A DNA stretch of 64,000 nucleotides from Halobacteriovoraceae bacterium. GTDB taxonomy: Bacteria; Bdellovibrionota; Bacteriovoracia; Bacteriovoracales; Bacteriovoracaceae. The notes beneath the pieces are model-generated. The model was not told the origin of the DNA and searched no databases. It saw only the letters and a list, made by a program, of their open reading frames with translations. This document shows positions 50,333-60,001 of the stretch, one piece after another. The first letter of the stretch is position 1. The number at the start of each line of letters is the position of its first letter. Both the position numbers and the translations under genes were made by a program. The stretch covers positions 960,001-1,024,000 of the forward strand of contig CAVRCF010000001.1 of the NCBI GenBank assembly GCA_963719505.1, in the 5' to 3' direction.

Positions 50333-51566
50333 TCTGAATCCTTAAAAGAATTTTATAAACATGGCGACATCCAAAAATAACCAGGAATGATAAAAAGATA
50401 GAGAAATAACCCACATGATCAAACCCTGAGAGAGTACCCCTATCATTTTCAAAAATAAAGATTCCAGCAAAAATTGTCGCCACGGCGGAACCCAAAGATC
50501 TAATGGAGTTGAGCAGTCCCATGAAAGTTCCTCGATCTCTTGTTTCAGAAATTTCAGAAACCATTGTCATAAGTGGAATCATTCTCCCTGAGACCATGGC
50601 CATAAAAAAAGTCGATATAACGAGGAACATATAAAGGGGAAGGGGCCCTGAGGTAGAATAAAAATAAATAGGGATAAAAGATAAAATCAACAGAAAGGTC
50701 ATGACTTTATACGGATTAAACCTGTCTGTATATTTTCCAACAATTTTTGCCGTTATAACGGTAAAAAAGCCTCCAACGAAGTACATATACTTTAAGTCTG
50801 TCTCAAGAATTCCAACATTTTTTACAGCAAATGGTGCCAAGTATGGGATGAGAACAAAGATGGAAAAGACATTAGCGAAAATAAGAAAATAAGACTTAAA
50901 GTATTCTGGACGAACAAGGAGAGACCAAAGTCTTGTGAGGTTTTCTTTAATTTTCGATGGCTGAATATGATCCGAAAGTTTCGGAAAAACGAGACTGCTT
51001 AGAATTAAAATAAGAGTTGAAAAAGCCGCGATAAAGTAAAAAGTGAAGTGCCAGTCAAATTTCTCGGCGATAAATAACCCAATAGGTACACCTAAAACAC
51101 TGGCAACGCTGAAAGATGACATGACTGTCCCCATGGCGCTTCCTCTTCTTTCAAAGGGAATGAGGTCAGAGACCATTGCGAGGACGACGGCGGTTAAAGT
51201 TCCACCGAAACCACCAGCTATGATTCTCGCTATGACAAGCGTCTCAAAGTCAGTAGATAATCCACAGGCAACTGTACCTAGAATAAAACCCACAAAATTG
51301 AGCTGAAGCATAAATTTTCTATCATATTTATCGGCAATGATTCCAAAGAATAATCCCGTAACAGCTGCACTTATATTGTACGATGAAACAAGAGTTCCAA
51401 ATTGAAGAGGATTAATGGAAAGAGTCCTCATTAGCACAGGTCCCAGTGGCATCATAACGACAAAGTCGACGATGTGTGAAAACTGAATCGCTGCTAATAA
51501 CAGGACGTAGAATCTTTCATTCTTGAGGCTGGATATTTTAATCGCGAAGTCCTTTAACGTCATCAA
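50313..51566 (-). CDS. MFS transporter
   Basis: About 12 TMs, GIIADKYDRK motif A, ERRGSAMG. Confidence 0.9.
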   Translation of the reverse strand: MMTLKDFAIKISSLKNERFYVLLLAAIQFSHIVDFVVMMPLGPVLMRTLSINPLQFGTLVSSYNISAAVTGLFFGIIADKYDRKFMLQLNFVGFILGTVACGLSTDFETLVIARIIAGGFGGTLTAVVLAMVSDLIPFERRGSAMGTVMSSFSVASVLGVPIGLFIAEKFDWHFTFYFIAAFSTLILILSSLVFPKLSDHIQPSKIKENLTRLWSLLVRPEYFKSYFLIFANVFSIFVLIPYLAPFAVKNVGILETDLKYMYFVGGFFTVITAKIVGKYTDRFNPYKVMTFLLILSFIPIYFYSTSGPLPLYMFLVISTFFMAMVSGRMIPLMTMVSEISETRDRGTFMGLLNSIRSLGSAVATIFAGIFIFENDRGTLSGFDHVGYFSIFLSFLVIFGCRHVYKILLRIQSERKAI

Positions 51567-53070
51567 TGGACGAGCTATTATCTAAAGTTTCCAGACTTGC
51601 TACAGTTGAGACTGTGTGATCGACCATGCTTACAGCTGCTGGGTGATGGTTGCCAGAGTTTTTAACACCACCAAAAGGTAGACGCGAGCTGGCCCCAACT
51701 GTTGATCTGTTGAGATTAATAATCCCTGCATCAATATCGCGAAGACATAGATTATAAATATCTTGATCTTGTGTGAAAACACTCGCCGCAAGACCGTAGT
51801 CAGAAATATTTGAAATTTCTATAGCCCTTTCAATATCCTCGTAGGGCGTGAAAGTACAATTGGGCCCAAAGATCTCTTCTTGGGTAAAGGGATTAGATTT
51901 TAAAACATCTTTTTCATTGAGATAGTGAATGGTCGGGTTTACATAGTGACCTTCATACTTCATCTCTAGGTTTTTAAGACCAATGATATCAGTCGCTCCA
52001 TTTTCAGTTCCAAGTTTACAGAACTTCTCATAAAGATCTTTTGCGCCTTTATCAATCAAAGGACCCATAAAAGGATCAATATCGTACTTAGTTGGATGAT
52101 CGATGAGAATTCTTTCTGTAATCGCTTTAAACTTATCAATAAATTCTTGTTCAATTGATTTGTGAACAATCACCATAGAGGTGGAAGTGCATCGCTGACC
52201 CGAAGAGAGATAGCAAGCGCGTAGAAGCTCAGGGATAGCATGATTGATATCTGTGTCCTTATGTAAAATAGTTGAGTTTTTACCACCCAATTCAAGAGCG
52301 ACTAGTTTATTGAGGTCTGTTCCGACTGACTCGAGAATCTTTTTTCCAACGGCTACACTTCCGGTAAAGAAAATACCTTTTATCGCTGGATGTTTGAGAA
52401 TGTCTTGGGTTGTTTTTACTGTACCGTTGATAAAGTTAATAACACCTTTTGGAAAACCTGCCGAATGAAAACACTCGATAAGAAGTTGTGACGAATACAT
52501 CGTCTTCTCACTTGGTTTAAAAATAATACTATTACCTGTAAGCAGGGCTGAAAGTATTTGTCCATTTGCAAGGTGACATGGAAAGTTAAATGGTCCTATA
52601 ACGAGACTAGGTCCCAGAGGTTTCTTCACAATATGTCCATCAATCTTTGGAAGGACGTCCTTGATCGTTTCTTTTTCGATTCTTTTGAGTGAGTCCGTAA
52701 TAGTGACAGCAACTTTCGCGCTTAGTGCACCAGCTTCCGTCAATGACTCCCAAAGTGGCTTACCAGTTTCTAAGGCGATGGCCATCCCAATTTCATCTTT
52801 TCTTTTTGTTACTTCGTCTTGGAATTTTTTTAAGTAATTTATTCTCTCTTCAAAGCTCAGCTTTCGCCATAGGTCAAAGCCTGAAACACTCGAATCGATA
52901 ACTTTTTCGATATTGTTATAGTCTATTTTTGCATCCCATAGTTTGTGAGAAAGATCACCTGGACAGAATTTTTCTATTTTTTCAGAGCTTTTCGAAATAT
53001 CGGATTCAGACAGTCCCGATTGATTGGTAAATGATCCATGAAAGTAGTCGCCACGAAGTGTTAATTCCAT
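51538..53070 (-). CDS. astD: aldehyde dehydrogenase, N-succinylglutamate 5-semialdehyde dehydrogenase type
   Basis: GPFNFPCHLANG, FKPSE, FTGS, LELGG, SGQRCT, EEIFGP, PFGGVKNSGNH. Confidence 0.8.
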   Translation of the reverse strand: MELTLRGDYFHGSFTNQSGLSESDISKSSEKIEKFCPGDLSHKLWDAKIDYNNIEKVIDSSVSGFDLWRKLSFEERINYLKKFQDEVTKRKDEIGMAIALETGKPLWESLTEAGALSAKVAVTITDSLKRIEKETIKDVLPKIDGHIVKKPLGPSLVIGPFNFPCHLANGQILSALLTGNSIIFKPSEKTMYSSQLLIECFHSAGFPKGVINFINGTVKTTQDILKHPAIKGIFFTGSVAVGKKILESVGTDLNKLVALELGGKNSTILHKDTDINHAIPELLRACYLSSGQRCTSTSMVIVHKSIEQEFIDKFKAITERILIDHPTKYDIDPFMGPLIDKGAKDLYEKFCKLGTENGATDIIGLKNLEMKYEGHYVNPTIHYLNEKDVLKSNPFTQEEIFGPNCTFTPYEDIERAIEISNISDYGLAASVFTQDQDIYNLCLRDIDAGIINLNRSTVGASSRLPFGGVKNSGNHHPAAVSMVDHTVSTVASLETLDNSSSIDDVKGLRD

Positions 53071-53164
53071 CTTTATTCCTTGTATTGTTTAGTTTTGAGG
53101 GCAAATTAAGTAAAACAATACTACATTTATTTGTCTGTTATTTACAGGGCCAATCGTTAGATTT

Positions 53165-54019
53165 ATGATCTGTGCTGTAAGTAAACACAATCGTTATGTA
53201 TTGGAGAAAATCATGCTTGATGCACCTATTAATAAGTTATTAGATAAGATGTGGACAGACTATGTCGCACTGAATCCACAAGCTGAGAAGATTGTTAAGC
53301 TCATGGAAGATAACGGTGACACGGTGAAAAACGACCATATCGCCCTTCGTACTTTTAATCATAAAAGAGTGAGTTTAGAGGTTATAGCTAGGCCATTTCT
53401 CGAGGCTGGGTATACGCATAATGGAGACTATGACTTTCCAGATAAGAAGCTCTCCGCAAAGCACTTTGAACATTCTAACCCAGATCTTCCTCTGATCTTT
53501 ATCTCTGAACTTAGGCTTGAAGATTTCTCTGAAAGGTTTAATGAAATAGTTGAAGGCTTAGTCGACCAAGTTAGTGACGAGACCATAAGAGACTTTAATT
53601 TCACTTCAATAGGAAGACCCTGGGATATCAGTTCTGAAGAATACTTCGCCCTTAAAGAAGAAAGTGACTATGGTGCTTGGATGGGAGCCATAGGATTTCG
53701 TCCAAATCACTTTACCGTTTCTGTTAATGAGCTTGGTTCATTTAAAGAATTGGAAGACTTAAACAAATTTTTAAAAAGTAATGGTTTTAAATTAAATGAT
53801 AGTGGCGGAGAAATTAAAGGAAGTCCTGAAGTTTTTCTTGAACAGTCTTCTACTCTTGCTGACAGTGTCGAAGTTGTGTTTTCTGATAAAAAAATTACAA
53901 TTCCTTCATGCTATTTTGAATTCGCCAAAAGGTATCCAATGCAAGATGGAAAGCTATATACAGGTTTTGTGGCCACGTCGGCTGATAAGATCTTCGAATC
54001 GACGGACAAAACTCAATGA
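53165..54019 (+). CDS. DUF1338 / HglS-like 2-oxoadipate dioxygenase-decarboxylase family protein (start probably 53213)
   Basis: NDHIALRT, FISEL, PNHFT, LEQSST, YFEFAKRY, ADKIFEST (His-His-Glu). Confidence 0.88.
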   Translation: MICAVSKHNRYVLEKIMLDAPINKLLDKMWTDYVALNPQAEKIVKLMEDNGDTVKNDHIALRTFNHKRVSLEVIARPFLEAGYTHNGDYDFPDKKLSAKHFEHSNPDLPLIFISELRLEDFSERFNEIVEGLVDQVSDETIRDFNFTSIGRPWDISSEEYFALKEESDYGAWMGAIGFRPNHFTVSVNELGSFKELEDLNKFLKSNGFKLNDSGGEIKGSPEVFLEQSSTLADSVEVVFSDKKITIPSCYFEFAKRYPMQDGKLYTGFVATSADKIFESTDKTQ

Positions 54020-54693
54020 TAAAACGATCGATACTTTTTAGCTTTATTCTTTTTTCCGTAACAGGCCATGCTCAAGAATATGTTCAGGCCTGTTTTACCA
54101 ATGAGATCCTCGCAACAAAAGCGCTAAAGAGAGTCGATTTCATTCTCCTTCCTGTGGATACCAAAGAGAAAATAGGAAAGTGTATTGATTTTAATGTTCC
54201 CCAAACAAGAGCAAAGACCTTAAAAAAGTTTCTTCAGACAAATTATGCTGGTTCTCATGTTCTAACAACAGAGGCCGTAGATGCTGAGGAATGTGATCTA
54301 AAGATCACTCAGCTAGGTCAACTTGATTTAAAAGAGATTAGAGGGTCTATAAAGAACCTTCCCAGTCTCAATCAAACTGATCTTGGTAAAAAAACTTTTG
54401 AAACTCAGTCTGTTAGAGTGTTAAGTGGAAAAACGGCTTCTATTCAAGTCGCTTTCGAATCTGTTGATGTGAGCTGCGATAAAAGAGGTAATGAGTATAT
54501 CGTTGGTCTTAAAACTCAAAGTGAAAAGCTATCGGTATCAACTGCAGTTCGTCTAAAAAAAGGATCTACTGTAGATGTCGGCCACTTTAAAAAAGATATT
54601 GTAAAAAAGAAAAAAGAACTTGGCCTCTTTAAAGCCAGTGGTATTGATTCGAAAAAGGTTGAGACTGGAACTTTAAAAATTACTTTGCAATAA
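54016..54693 (+). CDS. secreted hypothetical protein, weakly secretin-fragment-like
   Basis: Signal peptide GHAQ; QSVRVLSGKTASI. Confidence 0.5.
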   Translation: MIKRSILFSFILFSVTGHAQEYVQACFTNEILATKALKRVDFILLPVDTKEKIGKCIDFNVPQTRAKTLKKFLQTNYAGSHVLTTEAVDAEECDLKITQLGQLDLKEIRGSIKNLPSLNQTDLGKKTFETQSVRVLSGKTASIQVAFESVDVSCDKRGNEYIVGLKTQSEKLSVSTAVRLKKGSTVDVGHFKKDIVKKKKELGLFKASGIDSKKVETGTLKITLQ

Positions 54694-55561
54694 CTTTCTT
54701 TATTTCTTTCTTTAAAGATGAAAGGATATTTCCCTCAGCGTATCCTGTCTCTGAATCAGTGTGCCATTCGTTACACTCTCGTCCATATTTGGCCCAATTG
54801 GGTCCTGTTCCACGAACAAGCACTCCTATAATCTCTTGGCTTGTTTTATCAAAGATAGCTGAACCAGAATTAACTGAAAAAGTATCGAGATGATGACGAA
54901 AAGAATTTGTTTTAAGATTCACACTAGAGATCTGGCCTTCGTCTGTTAGTTTTTGTGATATTCCCAGTGGGTAACCAATCATAAAAAGCTCAAGACCTTT
55001 GGCATAGTTGTAACTCAAGTTTAGCTTTAATGGTTTTCTATCAACGACCTTTCTTTTCAACTTTAATATCGCCACATCATGCATTGATCCCCAGTCAAAT
55101 ATATAAAAGGGCATGCTTTCTATTTCATAAGTATCTTTCGCCTTGAGAGATTTCAGTTCACTCGCATCCTTATCTTTTTTGTAATCAAAAGCGATAACAT
55201 ATTTTGATTTATGATAGGGAGAGGTGGGAGACTTTTCTAAGCAGTGAGCTGCCGTTAGTACTAAGTCATCGGCAATTAAAGACGCTGAGCAATTTGCAAG
55301 TTGAGCTTCTGCTGCAAACGCAGTGTCCGGGCAAAAATCCACAAGTTTGCTAAGGCTATCAGCTTTAATGTCATAGTGATCACCATTTTTAATGAGTTTA
55401 TTCTTTTGAATAAGGGCCGGAATACTTCTTGAGATTGTCTTGTATGATTCAAGGGGGTAGTCGTAAACATCCTTCCTATCATCACCATCAAAAATGCTGG
55501 CCATCGTTTGAAAAGAGAAAAGAATACAGCCAGAGACCATTGCAAATTTACGTAATTTCAT
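54680..55561 (-). CDS. secreted trypsin-like (V8-type) serine protease
   Basis: CSASLI...LTAAHC, DVAILKL, IGYP, DTFSVNSGS. Confidence 0.88.
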   Translation of the reverse strand: MKLRKFAMVSGCILFSFQTMASIFDGDDRKDVYDYPLESYKTISRSIPALIQKNKLIKNGDHYDIKADSLSKLVDFCPDTAFAAEAQLANCSASLIADDLVLTAAHCLEKSPTSPYHKSKYVIAFDYKKDKDASELKSLKAKDTYEIESMPFYIFDWGSMHDVAILKLKRKVVDRKPLKLNLSYNYAKGLELFMIGYPLGISQKLTDEGQISSVNLKTNSFRHHLDTFSVNSGSAIFDKTSQEIIGVLVRGTGPNWAKYGRECNEWHTDSETGYAEGNILSSLKKEIKKVIAK

Positions 55562-55617
55562 CCCTATAATATAGCGCAGGAATGGGGGGGGATAGGGATA
55601 ACTTGAAAAGATTTTAA

Positions 55618-55640
55618 AGGTGTCTAAAAACTAGACACCT
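55618..55640 (-). terminator. hairpin that followed the astA stop before the IS insertion
   Basis: AGGTGTCTA-aaaac-TAGACACCT overlapping the left TSD. Confidence 0.55.
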
Positions 55641-55645
55641 ATAGG

Positions 55646-57395
55646 GTAACTGCTCAATATTGTGTTTAAATTTATAGGATTTAAATAGCTTGAACTAGCT
55701 TGCCCAGGTATGGAATTTCTTCTCGTTGGGAGATTCGATCTTCTAAATATCGCCAAAAACTCAAATTTATTTTTCTACAAGTTGAGGCCAGTGAAAGCAT
55801 CAAGTCCCAAGACTTCATTCCTTTCAATGAGCGGTTTTGAAGTGAGATTTTTCTTTTTATCACTCGTTCTCGAAGGTCTCTTTCGCAAAGGTTATTATCC
55901 AGAGGAAGTTGTGGGTATTTCAAAAATAGTAAAAGTTTATCTCTATTCTTTCTTGTTCTTCCAAGCTGTGCATCCAGTGGTTTAACTAATGTTTTTAAAG
56001 ACGTGATCCTCTCAAATTCTGATCGAATCTGTATTCTCTTAACGGTGTCAGGATTATTCCTGTACCTCTTCATGAGCTTATAAAAAGCTCTCCACTGACG
56101 AACCAATTTCTCAAGGGTTTCACTCTCTATTCTTTTGAAAACCTCACATAGCTTATATTTACGAATCTCATGCACCCAACAAAGCTGATGGTTCCTATGA
56201 AGCCCATTAAAATTTGTCCCTTCATCTGAGATTAAAAATCTTATTGGTGGTCCATTCGCTCTAGAGTTCGCATAACTAAGTGCACCAGCAGTTCTAACGA
56301 TATCTTTTTGTTTTTTAGTTACATCTGAGAAAGTCGAATCTTCAAAAAAGACCTCTAATTCTTCTCGACTAAAACTTATCTTCTTTTCTAGAAGGTTAAA
56401 AAATACTGTAACCTTGGGACGTTTTAGTTTCTTACCAATAAAATCAATTGCAGCTCTATCGAAAATAAACCTTTGCTCACCTCCAAAGAGTGCTCCCACC
56501 GATGCCCAACGATTCTTTTCAAAACTCGTAGTGAAGCTAGTAAAGTACTTATGGCTTACTCCAAATGTGTAAGCTTTTACTCCATTAACTTTCGCCCCAG
56601 TATCATCGATATGAACTTTCGAATCTCTTTTTAGTCCTGCATGTCTTGCGGATTCCAGATCAACCTGAAAGTCATCAGTCAGGTTATTTAGAATTGAATT
56701 TATAGTTCCAGCACTAATATCAATTTTTAGCTCAGAGAGCATTTCTCTAATCTTTTCGTGGGGAACTCTTAATTTGTAATTCAAATAAAGAATGTGGGCC
56801 CGAAGTTTAGGACCAAACTGATGGCCCTTGAAACCTGAAGGTATCTCACCTTCGATAACTCTACTAAGACTTTCAGAGTAATATCTCTTAATAGAGAATT
56901 TTATATTTCTGCGATTAAATACTATTTCTTGGACCACAACATCTCTAGAACCGATGAATTTAGCGTCTTTAGGGAGTTCATTTTTATCTGGAGAAATTTC
57001 AATCTCTTCATCAACTTCGATATCTTTCTTTTTAGACTTTTTCTTATGTTCTTTCTTCGGAGGTGGATTTAGGTCACTAGTATTTGTTGGCTTTATTTTA
57101 GGTTTTTCTTTTTCACCTTTGAGACGACGAACTTCATCTATGAGTTCACTATTCTTTTTTTCCAACTCTGAATTTTCTATAGTAAGGTCTACAGCACGCT
57201 GAGCAGTCTCTTTTAACTTTCTTTTGAGTTTGCCTTTATTCCAAGTATTTACCCATCCCATTGCCATGTTTTTTAATTCATCAAATGCCATGGAGATATA
57301 TTTACAAAAAAGAGATGGATGGCCAAACAATTTCTGATGTTTAGTTCAAAATAAATATTTTTAAAGATTTGAAGAACACTTTATTGAGCAGTTAC
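55646..57395 (-). mobile_element. IS66-family insertion sequence, single-ORF (ISBst12-like), 1750 bp
   Basis: Perfect 14-bp TIR GTAACTGCTCAATA (19/21 extended); 8-bp TSD CCTATAGG at 55638-55645 and 57396-57403. Confidence 0.93.
55681..57330 (-). CDS. IS66-family DDE transposase (start probably ATG 57291)
   Basis: N-terminal coiled coil, FGPKL, HIDDTG, ISD, HQLCWVHEIR, DNNLCERDLR. Confidence 0.92.
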   Translation of the reverse strand: MFGHPSLFCKYISMAFDELKNMAMGWVNTWNKGKLKRKLKETAQRAVDLTIENSELEKKNSELIDEVRRLKGEKEKPKIKPTNTSDLNPPPKKEHKKKSKKKDIEVDEEIEISPDKNELPKDAKFIGSRDVVVQEIVFNRRNIKFSIKRYYSESLSRVIEGEIPSGFKGHQFGPKLRAHILYLNYKLRVPHEKIREMLSELKIDISAGTINSILNNLTDDFQVDLESARHAGLKRDSKVHIDDTGAKVNGVKAYTFGVSHKYFTSFTTSFEKNRWASVGALFGGEQRFIFDRAAIDFIGKKLKRPKVTVFFNLLEKKISFSREELEVFFEDSTFSDVTKKQKDIVRTAGALSYANSRANGPPIRFLISDEGTNFNGLHRNHQLCWVHEIRKYKLCEVFKRIESETLEKLVRQWRAFYKLMKRYRNNPDTVKRIQIRSEFERITSLKTLVKPLDAQLGRTRKNRDKLLLFLKYPQLPLDNNLCERDLRERVIKRKISLQNRSLKGMKSWDLMLSLASTCRKINLSFWRYLEDRISQREEIPYLGKLVQAI

Positions 57396-57396
57396 C

Positions 57397-58443
57397 CTAT
57401 AGGAGTGATTCTTGAGTTTGAACTTTGTTTTTTAACGTCACAAAACGCAGCTTATCACCAAATCTAAGCTTTAAAGCTGTTGCGGTAACTGCTGAGATCT
57501 TGGCCTTTCCATTTTCAAGCTTTTCAACATGTCCTAGGCAGGCAATAAAGTCTGTTCCTGAAGTAGAGATCACAAAGACTTCTCCTGTCATTTTATCGTC
57601 ACTAATCTCGCCGACCTCTAAGACTTTACTATCTTTAACAGCACGCACCTCATCGATCTGTGCTTTTAATACAGGTCCTGGTTCAAAAATTCCCACGAGA
57701 CCACTAAACTCAAAACCTTCTTGTTCCAGAATTCTCTTCGCAGGCTCAGTGTGGGGGTGAACCTGTGCAACCACATCTTGAGCATCTTGTGGAAGAAGAT
57801 CAACTAAGATCGCATCTTCTGGGAGAAGTTCTTCAATAAATTTTTTACTTTTCATGGTGAGGTAGTCTGCTTGAACAAAGTCGATGTCCATAAACTTTCT
57901 TCCAACGGCTTCCCAAAAAGGTGAATGGCCATTGTCGTTAACTTTTCCGCGCATCTCTGCAATAACTTGATCTTCAAAATATTTTCTATCTTCTGCTAAA
58001 AATAAAAACCTTGAGAGTGAGAGAAACCTTCCGTTTTGACTATTTCTAAACTCAGGAGAAAGAAAGAGAGAACATATCTCAGCAGGCCCTGCGTGAATTT
58101 TTTCAAAGTGCAAAGACCTAATATCTTTTGTTATCCCCAGCATCTTAGAGACTCTGGTCTCTTCTTTTAGGCGATAAAAGTAGTAGGGCTCAAAACCACC
58201 AATCTTGGAAATGATTCCACTAACACCGACGATCTTCCCAGTAAAAAGTTCTTCCATCACAAAGAGATAAGATTCACCATTGGGTCTTTCGCCTCTATGT
58301 TCAAAGCTTCTTTGGGAGTAGATGATTTTGTTTTTTATAATCACTTCATCTTTAGGAAGAGAGGTCAACCCGTGCCCAGAGTCTTCTAGAAGTCTCATGA
58401 GCCCAGGGAGATCACTTTCTTTTATAGGTCGTATAACAAACAA
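57397..58443 (-). CDS. astA: arginine N-succinyltransferase
   Basis: GLTSLP, YLFVME, EICSLFL, LSLSRFLF, AEMRG, SPFWEAVG, LEQEGF. Confidence 0.93.
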   Translation of the reverse strand: MFVIRPIKESDLPGLMRLLEDSGHGLTSLPKDEVIIKNKIIYSQRSFEHRGERPNGESYLFVMEELFTGKIVGVSGIISKIGGFEPYYFYRLKEETRVSKMLGITKDIRSLHFEKIHAGPAEICSLFLSPEFRNSQNGRFLSLSRFLFLAEDRKYFEDQVIAEMRGKVNDNGHSPFWEAVGRKFMDIDFVQADYLTMKSKKFIEELLPEDAILVDLLPQDAQDVVAQVHPHTEPAKRILEQEGFEFSGLVGIFEPGPVLKAQIDEVRAVKDSKVLEVGEISDDKMTGEVFVISTSGTDFIACLGHVEKLENGKAKISAVTATALKLRFGDKLRFVTLKNKVQTQESLL

Positions 58444-58464
58444 GGTTTTTCCTTTTGGTTGACT

Positions 58465-59871
58465 CTAGTCAATCTCGCCTAATGTCTTCTCTATAAGAGC
58501 ACAAACATTATCTATATCTTTTTCAGTAACAGCACCTACGGGAACAAGAAACCTCACTCGTGTCGGCTTAGAACCTGCAATAAATGACAGACAGCCATTT
58601 TCAAAAAGTTTGAACGTAAATTGTTTCGATTTTTCCATATCTCCCTTAAAGAGAGTCATTCCAACCATTGCTCCAAGTCCCCAAGGGCCTTGAATCTTCT
58701 CTGGGTGTTTAGCCGCAAGTTTTTCAAGGTTTCCTTTGAAATGTTCATGGATACGATTAATTTTACCATCTTTTCCAAGGTAGCCATTATTAACAACTTC
58801 ACTAATTATATAATGAGCGGCATTAATAGCAGCTCCACTTGATGTGAATGTTTGAGAAATCAGTCCAGGTTTTGGTTTGTGATCTGCTCTATAGAAAGTT
58901 GCACAAATCTGTGAGTTCTTTCCAATATTAACAAAGTCTACATGCTTATCAAGTTTGAAGTATTGGAAAGCAAAAAGCTCTTCTGTCCTCATAAACGATT
59001 GAACCTCGTCAACGATAATAGAGACGCCATGCTTGTGGCATATATCACAAATAGCTTTAAAGTACTCTTCATTACCTACCCAGTAACCACCTTCACCTTG
59101 AACAAGCTCTAAGCACATTGCTGCGTATTCACCTGGGTACCTTTCGAAATACCACTCAAGGTGTTTTACGGCCATTTCAATACTTCTTTCGTGTTGATCT
59201 GGTTTATAAAAGGGAATGTAGTCAACAGATAGGGTTTTAGGGAGACCGGCTCGATATGCGGCCTTATCCGTGATTTGTGAAACAGCGAGTGTTCGTCCCA
59301 TAAAGCACTTTTCAAAAGCGATAACTCGATGAGCGGGGTGATTTTTTTGAAAAGCCATTTTTAATGCATTCTCAGCGGCCATAACTCCACTTGAGGTCAT
59401 AAACATGTGATCAAACCCTGCATCGTACTTATTGGCTTGTGTTAATAAAAGGTCGAAAAGTTTTGGTGAGTCAACATTTTGCTGAAGGTTTCCACTCATC
59501 GTCGTGTTCGTTATAGAACCATCAACTTCTGCGGCAATAACTCCTGGATGTGAATGACCAAAGTAGTGAACCCCAATACCCGTGATAAAGTCATACTTTA
59601 CAGAACCATCTGCAAGCTCAACAAGTGCGCCATTTCCAATTCCCGAACCAATATAATCATAAAAGAGTTTTCCTCCGCGATCTTCGGCAAATTCTTTTAA
59701 AAGCTTCTCATAGCTTTCTTTCAACTCCGGATCACCGGCTTTAACTTCAGTGATTTTGCTTTGATGCTCTTTGACGGCTTCAGCAATAAGTTTTTTTGCT
59801 TCCTCGAGACGAGGATCTTCCAGGTATGATTGTCCGATAGACTTCTTAGTCATAATATCTCCAAAGTTCAT
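58465..59871 (-). CDS. class III PLP aminotransferase (AstC/ArgD-like)
   Basis: YDFITGIG..FGHSHP, FMGRT, ELVQGEGG, DEVQ, GK; upstream of astA. Confidence 0.85.
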   Translation of the reverse strand: MNFGDIMTKKSIGQSYLEDPRLEEAKKLIAEAVKEHQSKITEVKAGDPELKESYEKLLKEFAEDRGGKLFYDYIGSGIGNGALVELADGSVKYDFITGIGVHYFGHSHPGVIAAEVDGSITNTTMSGNLQQNVDSPKLFDLLLTQANKYDAGFDHMFMTSSGVMAAENALKMAFQKNHPAHRVIAFEKCFMGRTLAVSQITDKAAYRAGLPKTLSVDYIPFYKPDQHERSIEMAVKHLEWYFERYPGEYAAMCLELVQGEGGYWVGNEEYFKAICDICHKHGVSIIVDEVQSFMRTEELFAFQYFKLDKHVDFVNIGKNSQICATFYRADHKPKPGLISQTFTSSGAAINAAHYIISEVVNNGYLGKDGKINRIHEHFKGNLEKLAAKHPEKIQGPWGLGAMVGMTLFKGDMEKSKQFTFKLFENGCLSFIAGSKPTRVRFLVPVGAVTEKDIDNVCALIEKTLGEID

Positions 59872-59897
59872 TGTTTTTAAAACATGTATATACGATT

Positions 59898-59994
59898 TTA
59901 TCGGCTTAATCAGCTAAAATCATTAGAATATATTCAAATTTAGAGTTTGTTCAGGGTATGAAAACACTCAAGTAAACGAAACCCTTACCGATAG
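59898..59994. promoter_or_regulatory. divergent sigma28-type promoter candidates
   Basis: Minus strand GCCGATAA at 59898-59905; plus strand TCAAG-N14-ACCGATAG at 59968-59994. Confidence 0.5.
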
Positions 59995-60001
59995 GAATCT
60001 G

